From positions 195,796,001 through 195,860,000 of the forward strand of contig NC_067403.1 in NCBI RefSeq assembly GCF_016432865.1: 64,000 bases of DNA, written 5' to 3'. Positions 1 to 14,302 of this stretch are shown here, one piece after another (the first letter of the stretch is position 1; each line of letters starts with the position of its first letter). The DNA comes from Antechinus flavipes. Taxonomy: Eukaryota. Both the position numbers and the translations under genes were made by a program. The notes under the pieces are model-generated. The model had not been told where the DNA came from. It did no database searches and saw only the letters and a list, made by a program, of their open reading frames with translations.

Positions 1-55
1 AAGCTCCATAACAGGGTCCTTCACAAAGTAGGAGATTTCCAGATTTTTCACAAAG
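1..55 (-). CDS. NSD2: NSD2 PHD1 exon, partial (LCEKSGNLLLCEGPCYGA...), runs off the window
   Basis: Acceptor TTTAAAAG| at 56. Translation continues the PHD1 Cys pattern. Confidence 0.95.
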
Positions 56-614
56 CTTTTAAATAGAAAGCAGAAATGTTGAACATTTACAAAGATCTCT
101 CCCCATTTTTCCTGTCCTAAGCACAATTTGTTATTTAGGGGTAATACACACACGCCAAATACTACAGATTATAAAACATTCATAAGTCAATTATAAACAT
201 AGACATTGACTAGCCAATCTCAAATTTAACTAAAATTATATGGAAATTATAGTTCAAACACATGATCAAATATTCATAGAAAATATCATACCATAAATTT
301 TTGGCTTAAAGCCATTAATGATTAATTCACAAGACATTTCTATGGACCAAAACACTAGTTGTGTCATACTTGGATCATAATAGTTTTTATTTTTTTACCT
401 CTCACATTTCTACTCAGAATGATTCAAACACAAATTAACAATCACAACAAGTTAGGGCAACTTAATTGCATGTTTTACAGTAGATTATATCTTTTTTTTT
501 TTTTTTTTTTTGGTAATCCAAAATACAAGGGTTCAAAAAAAGCAAAATAGAGACATTTTAAGCATAGCCAAAAATCACTGAATGATTACAAAATGATGAA
601 AGATTTCAGCTTAC

Positions 615-746
615 CTGACAAACATATTCCTTTTTAGCTGTAGTTCCTCGTTCAGACTTTTTAGAAGATATAGATATTTCAGTTTGAGTCTCATCTGCAC
701 TTTCATATGGGGATTCTGAAGGTTCATCTCCTTGACCATCTGAGAT
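615..746 (-). CDS. NSD2: NSD2 long-isoform exon, 132 nt ([44 protein letters not shown])
   Basis: Translated by hand. Acceptor TCATCTTCAG| at 747; donor CAG|GTAAGC at 614. Ends at the first Cys of PHD1. Confidence 0.97.
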
Positions 747-1482
747 CTGAAGATGAAGCGTATGGATTATATTTCACTATAGCCATGAGAAAAAACAAGG
801 GATTGTATTCTGCTTTAAAAAACATACTAGTTATTGTTAAATGATTTAATATACAAAGAATACTTCATAAACATTTCCCTTTATTACTGAATTTAAATGT
901 GACAACTTTTATACCTACAAGTATAGAAGTTGTCTTATGCCTAAGATTTAGCAACATTCTTAAATAACCTTTTATTTAACTAACTATACTCAATAACAAA
1001 AATATCAATGTTTTATTTTTGAAAACTATAACATGTTTTAAAGTTTTGGGGCTTTGACTTACCCCACTAAACCACTTGAATCCCAAACAAATTCAAATGT
1101 ATAAAGTAAAAGATGTTAATACCAAGTGTCTGTTTTTTTTTTCCTTATATAAGTAAAATTTGGAACACAAGTTCAAGCCCCACAAATGTACTCCTATTCA
1201 TTTTATTTTAGTGCCAAAACTCAGCTTTAAAGGGGTCCACAAAAATATTCAAAACTCCTTTTCTAATATTTCTTAAAAGTATTCACTAAACTTAATTTTT
1301 GAGACTTATTATCAAGTTTGTGGATTATCCATGTCCTCTGTTTTTCTTCTTCTCCCCAATGCTTGTCTTTGGGACATTTCACAGCTCATTAGTACCTCCC
1401 CCAGAGGGTGGGTAGCTGAAGGGAGAGAAGGTGAAGAGAAGGTGAAGTCAAATCTGTCCATTTTACTTAACAATTCTGGTTT

Positions 1483-1483
<1 letters not shown>

Positions 1484-1508
<25 letters not shown>
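1484..1508. repeat. (AAAAC)5 microsatellite
   Basis: Five perfect units read directly from the sequence. Confidence 0.95.
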
Positions 1509-1513
<5 letters not shown>

Positions 1514-4039
1514 GCTTGGGAGGAAGAAATTCAAACTCTTGGCCAAATAATGATATTGGAAGTTTTGTTTAGCCATACTATACCTACCAGCTTCTTATTA
1601 TCAAAGATCAACTAGTTTAGGCTAATACTTCCCCACCCACCACTGAATCTTTTTAATAGTAAGACTTCCAAATTAAATTCTTATATGCTTAAATGAAAAC
1701 AGAGAAACCCTTTGCCATTTAGCTTCTGTTAAAGACTTGTAATGATGTTTGTAAAAACAAAACTTTAGACTCTATATGTGGAAGCTTTTACATGATAAAT
1801 TTATCATTGTGTAAAGTAGTAGATCTAAGAAACTTAATACAAAAAAAACTATCACTTACAATTAAGTGCACCAATGCAAAAATATTAGCTAATTGGTCAT
1901 TTATATAGGTTTATTAATCAATTATTGACTTCTAGCAAATCATTTAACTTGTATGTTTATGTAATTTACATTATTTAATAGAATATACTGAACACAATTT
2001 CTAAGGATGTTGCTAAGTGTTTTCTTGATTTTAAATCAGTATTAAAAGAAATTTTCTAGTAATTTATTTGTCCTGACTCTACCATCAATTTTCAAGAAAA
2101 ATGGGAATAGAACTAAAAAGAGTTCTAACTCCAAATTTTAAAATATAATTTTGATTTTTGCCACATTTAAATATTTTGTTATATCTAAAGCTGTAGTTCT
2201 AACAAAAATGTGCTTTTATTCAATATTTTACACAACAAGCTTTTCCCTATTATTCCATTAGAATTATTTTGGTATTCTGCAGATATAGAAAAAGCAGCAA
2301 TTAAAAAATACTTTTGAGTTTAAGTCCCAATTTTATATTAAGAGTTCCAAAAGAACTTAATAGTATTCTGACATATAGACACGAGTGTCTTGTTTATGTT
2401 GGTACAAATTAAAATGCCTTTTCTTATTGGGGCTACCTCTCCAAACACAAGCAAAATTATGTGCTACTATCATTTCATACACTAGACAACTTTCAGGGAG
2501 GGTAGGAAAGGCTCTCAAAACACTTTTCAAACCATTTTAGAGACATTAATTGAAATATAGTAAGGAATAGTAAGGGATTTTAACCAGAATCTAGACTCAA
2601 ATAAACCAACTGGCAATGCTTTATCCACAAAACCATGTTGATACTAGTTTCAAACAAATTTAAAAGCAGAAAAAAAAAAAGTGGGTGGGTATAGAGACAG
2701 AAAACACACATCAGTCCTGGTACAGAGGAAGAAGAAGCACCTTTTATTTAAAATTTACAGAAAAAGTTAGCATGTTTCCACTTGGAGAAGATATTTCCTA
2801 AAATTAACAAAGTGTGTTTAAGGAAGAACACTGAATACACTTTTTTAATGCATGTATAAACTTTAAAAGACAAAATATTAAGTTAATTTTCTAATATTTG
2901 GAAGGGGATATACATACAGGATTAATATATAAAAATGAAACCTTACAAAGTTACAATCAGTAAAAGTACAATTCCAGGATTTTCTGACTTGTACCATATG
3001 TTCAACTCTCTTTTTTCACTCATTTTTATGGGAACTGTATTCCAAAGACTATTTAGCAAATGTAGTAGCAAATGTAGACAGATAACAGGATATAGTTTCT
3101 TTACTAAAGAGTCAGACTTCACTTCTACTTTATCATAGAACATTACTTACTCAGAGATGTCAATTGTGAAAACGATAAATTCACCTTTATGGATCCTATG
3201 AACACAGTCCCAAAATCCCAGTATACGATATATATGAACTATTCCATATCCAATATGATGCATTTGGAAAAAGAAAAATGTAGTAGTTGAATGGACACAA
3301 GACTACTTTAAAGACTATTCTAGTTGTTTTTCATATTTACCAAAATTCTTTTAAGTACTTAAGATTTTGTAGCTCTTATTTTTAAAACTTTTTTTTTATC
3401 AATTTTCTTAAAACAGGAAATACTTTTCCCTTAACTGTTTTTTTAGTGATATGTCAACCAGTCAAATTAATTTTTAAAAAAATTTTAAAACTTTTTTGGG
3501 GTGGGAAGAGAATTTAAAAAAAACTTAAATGTTCTAAAATAAACTGACCAATCTGATAAAGAATATAGTTAACATTTATTTATCCTAAAGCAATAGAGCC
3601 ACTTAAAATATTAAATTTTTTTTGCAAGTAACAGTGTGATATTAATGGAAAAACATTTTATCTACATTCTTAAAGAATTAAAATCCATTTAAATTTTTGA
3701 CAAACCTCTTTATGAGGACTATTATCATTTTCTGAGTCACAATTAACTGTAAGATTTGTAAATTATTAACATATTGACAAATTAAGTTTCTTGAATCTCT
3801 GCCTAAATTATGATTGAATCTGGGAATGTAAGTTTAAAAAGTTTAATAATTTAACATTCTTAAGATTCAGGTAAGTGATTCACACTAATTTTATACTTAA
3901 AATAAGTCTTTTGCAGATTATTTTTAAAATAAATCTGATTATTAAAATTGGCAAATAAGTACTTAAAGTCACTGATCATATTTCAGAAAATATAGGTTAA
4001 TAAAGAAGGGTTAAGGACAGGGATGGACTTATTTTTTCT

Positions 4040-4195
4040 ACCAGTCCAGGTTGGTGTTTTCTCACCTAATGCCTAGAGCATTGAATGGTTTAATGACTTG
4101 CCTGGGGTCACACAACCAATGTGTCAGAGGTGAGACTTGAACCCAGGTTTTCTAGGTCTTGAAGCTAACTCACTATCACAACACACTGCTTCTCT
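4040..4195 (-). mobile_element. CORE SINE remnant (MAR/WALLSI-like)
   Basis: aatgacttgcctggggtcacacaaccaatgtgtcagaggtgagacttgaacccaggttttc. Confidence 0.7.
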
Positions 4196-6489
4196 AACAT
4201 CTAAAACAATACTTAGATAACATTTTACTGGTCCAAATATCTCCAAATGAAATTTTTATTAAGAAAAACAAAATCAAACCAAACCCTGATCTATATGTAG
4301 AATTCTGATATCATACAAACCAGGTTTTGTGAAAAATATAGGCTATATGCATAACAGGGTACTAACAGAATGTTGGGGAAATACACAAATTAATCAGCTG
4401 CTACTTGTTTCTTTTTACAAGCAATAAAGTTACAAGTAGCTTTTGAATAATGGGGACAAATGAAAATCTCTAATAAAAATATTGTATTTATGTTTTATTA
4501 TCCTCTAAAAAGCAAAAAACTCAAAAAATATGTGACAAATACTTTTCACTGATTACTAACCACTTTTGAGACTCAGAAAAAGACATGCTTATCTAGCAAA
4601 TAAAAACCACATTCCATATTAGCCTTAAATGTAAAAAGAAATACACTTAAAATTTCCTACAGCATGAAACTCTCCAAAAATTGTCTAATTTTATTAATGT
4701 AAAAAAAAAAAAAAAAAGGAAAAAAGAAAAAAACTTGTGAAAAATCATTTCAAAAAGGTACTGCATACCAGATTCATAACTGTATTTCAAAATAATCTAC
4801 CTAAATTTTTTCAAAATTTACTGTCATTTCATAAATGTAAAAATGAAGAGAAAAGAGATTAAATTTTATATCTGACCATTCAATATAGACATGTGTCTAT
4901 ATATACATACACATATAAATAAAAATATATGGTAGTAACTATTGAGGAAGCTCTCAAATTTAACCCTGGAAAAGGCTAACAAACAAGTTCCATTAGTAAG
5001 ATTGCAGGACAACTTTTAAAAAGAATTACTAGATGAAACTTTAAAGAAATACATAAAATCCTAAAACAAAGCCCAGCAGGGCCTCTTTTTTTACACATCA
5101 CATCAAAGATACACAAGGTAGTGTAACAAAAACATCAAACATCTTTTCCACTTACTAAAAACCAATCTTTTATCCTGGACAAGTAGGAATAACAGTTATT
5201 TATTAAACTAGATCAAATAGAATAATACAGTAATCAAGGGTCCCAAAAGAAAATGCACTATATTTTTTCTTTGGGGAGGGAGAATGGGGCAGAAAAAAAA
5301 ATAGCTTTTCTTTTTGGTGGAAACTACATTCAGACTCCCAGTATCCTAAGTGTTGTTAATAAATATCCTAGAAAATCACATATAAGACTGTATTAATGAA
5401 ATACAAGTATTCCATTTAAGTAGAAGGGGCTGCAATCTAAACAAACAGAAAGAATATCCATAATTATGAAATCATAACTCTAAATTATCAAAGTTTTTCA
5501 ATTCTCTTGAGAAAGATAAGATTCATGGGAAAAAGGACCTCTAGCTTTTCCTATGGCCCTTTAATTCAATGCTGATGGACAAAAGTTGTAAGCCACTAAT
5601 TAGATTCTGCAATCTTTTTTCCCCCAGTTTTACTTTTTCATCAATTTTCTAAAAAGCAGGCATTTTATTTCAGTAGAGAATGATTTAAACAGCATTTTTT
5701 AGTTCACTGCCACTCAATACACTATTCCTGAAAACTTCAAATAATGATTTATTTGGGATCAAAATATGGACGATTAAAAAATGCAGCTATCAAGGAAAAC
5801 CAAAAATGTTATCTCATTTTGTAACTCTTAACAAAAATGTAAATTCTATAAACTCTTTACAAGGATTTTCTAAAATAAACTTTATGCCAACTCAAATATT
5901 AATTTAGAATTAGAAAAACCTAATTATATATATGTAAATAAACAAAACAAATGTAACATGGGTCTATTTAAAAAACACTAAATTTTTTTTCTACAGCTAC
6001 CATTAATAGGCAGAAAAAAAGGAAGACATCTATGAAAACCTAATGTTAAAAAAATTTTTTTTCTTAAGCTTCTATGGAGGCATTCAATCTAGAATACAAA
6101 AAAAAAAACTGCCTTACATTTTTAAAGAAAGTGTTTTTCAAAATTTATTCTTCACAATAAAGTCTTTAAAAGGTTTTCCTTATATTGATTTTGAGGAAAG
6201 AAATGAAATCATCATTTACAAACAAGATCACTGCAAAAGGACAAGGGCACTAGAACATGTAGCCATCCAATCAATTTTTGGAATAGGACTTATGTAATAT
6301 CTGTAAACATTTTTTTAAAGAATTAGATTTAAGCTGTTATTTTTGCCATAATACTATCATTTTAACAATTTTTAAAAATTTGGGAGTGGAGAGTGGGATA
6401 ATTTACCACTTAACGTCCATGTATTTTGTCTATATTTGGCACCTGAAACTCAGTGAAGGAGTCACTATCACATATGAAAAACTTAGAGG

Positions 6490-6640
6490 CCCCCTAAAGT
6501 CAGAATACTTGGGTTTGATTCTCACATTTGATGCATATGATGTATATGGGCAAGTCACAACCTCCACTGGCCTCAGTTTCTTCATTGATTATCATGAAGG
6601 GGTTGGACTAAAAAGGCCTCTTAGTTCTCTTCCAGTTTTT
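6490..6640 (+). mobile_element. MIR-like SINE remnant
   Basis: cttgggtttgattctc...tgggcaagtcacaacctccactggcctcagtttcttcatt...ggttggacta. Confidence 0.65.
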
Positions 6641-9600
6641 GGTGTGATTTTTTTGATGTATTACCATCCTGGGTAATTAAGCGAGGATGCAAAAATCTTT
6701 ACATTTAAGTGAAATTTTTCATGGAGAACTTTAAATCACTGGTTTTAATATTGGTTTTGGAAGAAGATGAGGGTAGAATTAGCCACATTAAAAAAAAAAA
6801 AAAGTCTTTTCAAGCTGTTACTTTAGCCATAATATTACCACCATTTCAGTAGTAAATTTTACTAACAAATACTATCAACATGTTTGCAGTAATGGCACAA
6901 TAAATAATGAGTCAAATTTTCTAAGCAACTGTGGCATCTTTCTCTCTAACCCTTTTGCTTGACTAGTTGTTAAAATCTTGCTATTTCAAAGTACTTGTAA
7001 AACAAAGCTGCATTACACTATTACTATTATCTATGAAGGGACTGTGTTTCTCTAATTCTTTTTTCATGAAATTAAACTTCAATACATAAGAGTTATAGAT
7101 TAAAGGTCAAAGATAAACTAGATATGAATAAGACTCGCGATATGTCAAAGGTCATTCGGCAAGGGCAAAGTAATATTTACCAATGCAGGTCTTTTGACAA
7201 TTGAATTTTCTCCTACACTTTACACTCTGTAGATGTGGGGTTTTTTGACTTTTTTTTTTTTACTTAAAAAAAAAAAAGTCCTTGTTTTCCAGCATTATTT
7301 TCTTTAAACTAAATTAGGTATAATGTAAACTAGCCAATTTTTTTCCTTAGGATATAGACCTATAAGAAAAATAAAATGAGTTAAATCTGTTAACTGTATA
7401 TTTTAATGTTAAAAAACTTTCACAAGAGTGATAATATAAACATTAAACAGTTCTATAGGAATAAATGGATAATCAAACAACATTCTAGAATAGTTTCATA
7501 ATGTTAGGATGGGATTTAATTATAATGTACTTCATTAGGGTAACAATATATGAGGTATTCTCACACTATTAAATATTCATGATATATCTGGATAAAGTGT
7601 GACTTGTAATTTATCTATGAAAAAAGCTAAATTCCTCCCTGAGACCTTCCCAGAGCTACTTAGGAATTTAAGAGCTAAACATTTAACTTTACTTAACAAG
7701 TGTCTAAAATATTTATCAATGTATCACCATTATCAGGGTCAGTGTCTTATTCTTAATCAAACTGTAAGCTCTAAAATGACAAGTACTGTTTTATCTGAAC
7801 TCAAATTTCCTCGACTGCCTAGCACATATAAAACACCAAACTAAAAATATTGTTTCTATCGTCTAGTAAGTAAAACTCCAGAGCAAAATTTTAAAACACA
7901 TAAGGGCTACTAGAGAAAACTCATATACTAAATAACATCCATTCAGAAAAGAAGTCCAGACAGATGCTCTACTTCACATTATTCAAGTATGCAGGTTATG
8001 ACTGAATATTCAAAATAATAAAAATTACTTTTCCTTTTAAAAAATTATAAACTGGATTTTTAAAAACACTTCTAATTTGTTAAGCTTAAATTACTAAGGT
8101 ATTATCATACCTCCATCTAATATATTTACAGTCCTTTGGGGCACAAATTTTATGATAGATGTTTCTAAAAAAAATCAAGTGTAGTCGATTCTTCAAACAG
8201 ATTTTACATGGTGAATCCACAGTATAAAAAGAATTCCATTTCTACAGATATTAGCACATCAGAGTAACAATTTTTTTCCAGAATGACATATCACTTTGGC
8301 TGAATAGCATAATGAATCTTTTTTTTTTTTAAAATTGGAAGTATATAGGTATATGTATAGTGCTTTCTAATGAACACAAACTCACCTAATGCAGAAACCT
8401 TTAGCTATTTTCCAAATTGAACCTATTCATGATTTGGATGTTTTCCTTTCCATCATATATAATTCTGTAATCTCTTCTTAAAACTTTTATTTCATGAGGG
8501 TTGGTACAGCAACTCTTCATGTTTTATATATGTAACTTTTTCAACTAGACCACAGTTTTGTTTCTTTAATAGCCCTTATTGCTACTAGTACTCTGAATAT
8601 ACAAAGCAGTAGATGGATGATGAAAAAACTTTATCCTACTTATTACTTAAGAACATCTTTTATAAATATAATTCAATACTTGTCATTTCAAATACCTTTT
8701 ATCAATATAGTTGTCAACATTAAAAAGAACTTCATTATATCAGTGACACTTGTCATTCATTTTAGAGCCATGAATTTACTCTTGAGCTTTTTGGAATGTC
8801 AGTGGGAGATCAGGGTGTTTATGTCTTAAGTTTGTTTTTTTATGTGATATGTTTATGTTATTGATTTTAATTTAACCCAACATCACAATTTCTCATAAAC
8901 TTATATTACAGAAGAAGAAAAAACTGTGTTCAATAAGATTTTGTTTTCTTTTTATTCTCAATTCATATAATTTATATGCCCCCAATTTTTTTAAAACTTT
9001 TCAATAAAAGGGAAAATGGTTTGGGTAATATATTCTACATGTCCCTATGTACCAGCTAAAGGCTTTTAGGAAAGTTAATATTGTTCTGATAAAACTATGG
9101 CATATATATAAGCACTGAAATATTTCATGTTAATAGCATGTAACATGTTACCATGTCCTATCTTATGTTATTCAGTTGAAGGGGCTAAGCAATTTTTTTC
9201 ATCATGCAAACATGCTAAAATATCACAGCAAATAATGCTTAAAACACTGGAATACAGTATACAATATCATTTTAAGTAAGCAATGTATGGGGCAATGTAG
9301 CTAACTAATGTAATTATGGCATCTTCTGGCTAATTTTATAAATGAAATCAACAGGCTAAGGCAAAATGAATGGTTCTCTAAGATTTAACTAACTCAAAAT
9401 ATACCACATTTAATGTTTTATTTAAGTTGTTCAATAAAAAAGGTTAGGAACAAAGTATTTCCTGCATATTAAATGTGGAGTATTAGTTTATGTTTTTAGT
9501 ATTGCATATATCTCACTTGTTAAACTGGTATAGAACTGACTAATAAAATTACTCATTTTGAGATATACTGCTGGAGAGAGAGAAAAAAACAGAATATATT

Positions 9601-9998
9601 TGTGGACATTTTTCTAATACAAAAATCTCTAAGAACTAAAAGAAGTTGACCTTTAATTAAAATTAACTGTCTTTAATGTGGGATTACATCCACATTTATA
9701 AGTCAGACAGTTTCACAATCTAATGGTATCACTTCAATCAGTTTGAATGTTATGCTGATCATTGGAATGAATGCAGTTTTATTATGAGATGAATGTGGTT
9801 GATTAAATGACCTTCATTAGGCATCTTACCTTGGTCTTAAAATTTTTGTATCTGTTTTCTTCATTGTGTGTGTTTTATTAATACCAGTAAAAACAGAGTA
9901 TCATACATCTTCCATTAAATGATTGTGATAGAAATGTCATTTTAGTGTATACGATGATAGTACAACTTGCAGCAGACATCTTGGAATATAACATCATT

Positions 9999-10061
9999 TT
10001 ATGTGCAGTACATTGCAGGAGAGCTCAAGTCCAACTTGACTGATGTTGATTCCAATAAAAG
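9999..10061 (-). CDS. NSD2: NSD2 alternative terminal exon of the short MMSET-I-type isoform (LLLESTSVKLDLSSPAMYCT*)
   Basis: Phase-0 acceptor (pyrimidine tract then CACGGGTAACAG| at 10062), 20 codons, TAA at 9999-10001. Resembles the human MMSET-I tail LLWEPTPVKLDLNPAALYCT as recalled. Confidence 0.9.
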   Translation of the reverse strand, partial: LLLESTSVKLDLSSPAMYCT

Positions 10062-10349
10062 CTGTTACCCGTGAAGGTGAAAAAAATAAAAATTTTCTCT
10101 AAGGGAAAAAGTATTAATGTTATGAAAGCACTTAAATAACATTCATTCCTTCATAGGTCTTTGTCATGCAGGTGTGGAAATTTATCATTCTTTTTGTGAA
10201 AGTGGTAATTGTGCAAAAGTAAAAACCAGGCAAACATGGAGCTTGCATATTTACCATTTGGTATTTTCTTTGTTAATGTTAAAAAGTAAATATACATTTT
10301 TTTTTTTCTTGGTAGCATTTTCAAGTATTTGTTTTAACAAGATTTCCCA

Positions 10350-10580
10350 CTGTGGCAACTAGATGGCACTGGACCTGGATTCAATAAGACCTGAATTCAA
10401 ATTCAGCCTCAGACACTTAACTAGGTGTGTAACTCTGGGCAAGTCACTATTTACTTCAGTCTCCCCATCTGTAAAACAGGGATAATAATAACACCTAATT
10501 GCTAGATTTCATAAGAATCAAATGAGATAATAAAATTTCGTTGGGCTTATAATGCCTTAGCAAAGAGTAAGCACTATATA
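10350..10580 (+). mobile_element. MIR/MAR-type CORE SINE
   Basis: gacctgaattcaaattcagcctcagacac...ctgggcaagtcact...cagtctccccatctgtaaaacagggataataata. Confidence 0.8.
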
Positions 10581-13241
10581 AATATTAGGTTTTATCATTA
10601 TTTCTCTTTGTGTTTTCAGCCACAGACATGAAAATATATAGCTATATATCATAAGATATCCTTAAACATAAGGAAGAAATATTTCAAAGAAAATCTACAA
10701 CTGAATACAACATAATTATTTAGAGAGATGATGCATTTGAGACTAAAAGTGGGCCCACTTACTTTTTCTCCCTTTTTTTTTTTTCAAGGTGACGGGTGCA
10801 GACTACTTTCTGCCTCATAAGCCAGAATATTAAGCACACAACAATTAAACGCTTTTCACAAATATCATACTTTTATGACAATACTATATTGTTAAACATA
10901 GTATACAAGACTTCTATTCCATTCAAGTTTTAACAGTGTTTTAATTACAACAATGTAATTCAGTAAAAAAGTATTTTAATGATGAATTTCCAAAACCCAA
11001 CAAAAGTAACAATATAAAGGCCAAGTGAACAGAATAACTATATAATCAAAGATACTTGATATGCCTCTTCTTATCTGTGAATTACTTTTCTATTTCTTCT
11101 ACAAAGAATTTAATATCAAGACTATCTGGTATGTTTTCTCTTCCTAAATAGGAGTTCTTTATGAATTAAAAGAAAATCACATAATATTAAATCCAGGAAA
11201 ATAAGATTACTGTCAAAAAAAACATGTCAAAATATTAGCAAGGTATTACTTAAAAAGTGTATGCTGATGTAGTGGTACTCCAAAAATTAGTATATTTTCT
11301 AGTATATTAAAAGCCCTGACTTTTCTATTATATAAATATCTAGCCTGTGGAATTCTTGATTAAGAATAAATGGCCAGGATAATTATTCTATGTTGATGTC
11401 AAACGTTCAAATTTTACTGGAAGAGACATAGTAGATTCAAGTTATAAAGTAGCCAAAAATTAGGTGCGGTTTAAAGATTTCCCTTTCCCTTGATTAACTA
11501 AAGATAGGAAATACATTTAGATGACATTAAGTAAAACTATTAAATATTATCTTGTAAATTGGAGGTGCTTTTCCCAATTCCCTTTGTCTAAAAAAAGCTA
11601 TACTCTTAACAAAAAATGGGAAAATGACATTATGGAACTTGGAAAGATTACATTTTAATATTTTTGTGTGAACTCAATACAGAACAGAAGGAAATTTCTA
11701 CCATAATTCTCTTATAGTACCTAAATTTATATCTTAACTGCTATTATTAAGTACTTTTAAAATCCTATGTTTAGAGTATACTCTTAGACTTGGCATTTTA
11801 GTCTTCTATATTTAGAAGTACAATATAAGCTCCTGGAGGGCAGCAACTTATTTTCTGTCTTTGTATCTCTAGTACCCTCGCACAGGACTGTGGCACTAAC
11901 TGCTAAGTTTTACACTCAGTTATATTTTCATAATTCCATTAGAAACCATAGGAGAAACATCACAATGTCAATATTATATACAGATATGGGACAACTTAAC
12001 TAAGTTTCTTAGTTCCAAGGATTCCTTTTAGTTTATATAAAACATTGAATATCCCCATTCAACAATAGCCATCACACCATCTAACCCCACTCCCCCCATC
12101 CCACTACCCAATAAGACTTGTTCTATATTTAAACATTTATTGTTACTGGCAATATGGAAATGGTTTCTTTTTCTTCACTCTCACCCAACCCTCAATGGAA
12201 TATGCCTTCAATTAACTACTTAGAACTAATGAGAAAATCAACAGTAAATATTATAACATGATGCTTTTCACAGAGGAAAAAAAAAATGGAAAGGTACCCG
12301 TGTGGGAAAAACTGGAACTACAATGAAAAGTGGAAGACATTTGGAAGGAAAAAAAGGGAGGGATAAGAGATCACTTAGCAATCTATGGACTCAATCTTTC
12401 CCTTTCTCAAGCTAGAAATATATTATGCCATTCCTGAATTCTGAGTGATTTATTTTTTCCTGGCAAGGTCAAAGACTTTAAGCATTTTTGTCTATATCTT
12501 ATCTGAGAAAACATATATCTAAACCTCATGTAGTCATTATCTTCTGCCCAATATTTTAATAGTTCAAGGGATTATAATCTAATTATATTCACAACAAACT
12601 AAAATTTAAGTATTTGAAACTTAAAATTTGCCAAACTATGTTATGAAAAAGCTACATTATTTGCTATTTGTGCAGAAAACAGGAATCTAAAAACAAAATG
12701 TTAAGAACCTGATGTCATATCTACCTATATATGTGCGTATGTACACACACATACATACGCACACACACAAACACATCCACATATATCACCATTATGAGAG
12801 TACAGAGCTTGTGCTCAAGACCAAAAGACCATTCTATGTCACATAAAACAAAAAATAGACTTGCTTCCATATGGAAAAAGTTATGACATGAAGATGAATA
12901 AAAAACATAAGTTTTAGAAGAAAATGCACACCATTAACATTTTACTTTCTGGAAATTACATCTCTAAAATGTATACTTTTAGTACAATTAAATTGCATTG
13001 ATATATGGATATGCATATATACTTGAAGTACCCAACTTGATCTTCACTACAGTGAATGTATTGTCACAATGCATGTAATTCAACAGAGCTACAGAGACAA
13101 AAAACTTTAACTCATATACTGAGTTAAAGAAAGCATTAAATTTAAAATTGAGTCTGATTGTTTTTTCCTTAAAAATGGATTTTTGATCACAGACTTTTGA
13201 TAACTAAATGGCTTTCATGTAAATGCCACTTTTTTTTTTAC

Positions 13242-13366
13242 CTCATTCTCAGTTAAGGAAGTTGAAGGAGATGAACTTTTGCTAAACGCAAGAGTTGAAG
13301 ATTCTGCTGCTGAAGCCCGATTTCGCTTCTTCAGTGGTTTACATGCATCAGACAGATTTTTCGTTG
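13242..13366 (-). CDS. NSD2: NSD2 exon, 125 nt ([42 protein letters not shown])
   Basis: Translated by hand; near-identical to NSD2. Acceptor TTTTACAG| at 13367; donor GAG|GTAAAA at 13241. Confidence 0.97.
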
Positions 13367-14302
13367 CTGTAAAATAATTTTGGTTTACAAAGTGAAGTTT
13401 GGAACATTCATAGCTGACTATCCCGTTTCAGCTTTAAAAGTCAATTTTTTAACAAGTGAAGATATTCTAAAGATGAGTCTTCTCAGTTCCTGTGTCGTAC
13501 TCAAAGCACACTTTATTTTTAAGGTGAATTCAGTATACCAAGGATTGACTAAAGATACCATCACATAGATTTCCCATTTTTTAATGTTTCACATTCAAAG
13601 TTAAAGAATTTCTATGCAGTGCTTTGATTAAATACATTAAAATATTATGCAATCTCCAACAAATTTACATTTGTCCTCCTGGTTTTAACTTCTAAAATAT
13701 TTAAATATTGGAGATGGAGGTAAATTGGAGATTGATTTTTGTCTTTTGTTTAGCATTTTAATACTGAAATTTAATGATACTAGGATTTTTAATGAGCCCC
13801 TTTTAAAAAAGAACAATATTTTTCATGCTGTATTAATAACTTTTGAAAGGTTAATAAGGAAATGTGTCAAGAGCAAGTCATCATATTAAAAGGATCCAAG
13901 GAGGTATGGACTAATAATGTGATCCCATTTGTCCAAGAACTTTTCCCATTTTGGACATCATCTCTCTAGAATATTATTTAAGCAACTTCACAAATATCTG
14001 AATTTAACTTGTTCTTTTTATCTATGTTCATAACCATTAAATAAGTGGTAAAGTAAGGCACTGGATAATGCTTAAGATGCCAACAACTGGCATCCTCAAA
14101 GGAGGAATTATAAAAGTAGCTGTTTTCAAAGTCTAATAATGCTCCAAAAACTTAATAACAAAAATGCCTATTACTGGTCCTAAATTCAAGATCAGTTTTC
14201 TAAAAAGCTTCAGCAAAATTTAGCTGAGTATTTAAAACAAACTTGATTAAATATAAATGGTTCATTTAAATATTAGAATGTAAACCATTCTGACCATATT
14301 AC

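Noticed and set aside
1312-1615. Overlapping 62-aa and 94-aa ORFs
   Set aside because: Span an (AAAAC)n microsatellite and a purine-rich tract; no splice or homology support.
10356-10369. CTCF-like CAACTAGATGGCAC
   Set aside because: Lies in a decayed SINE head with a mismatch at a core C; weaker than the 15352 site.
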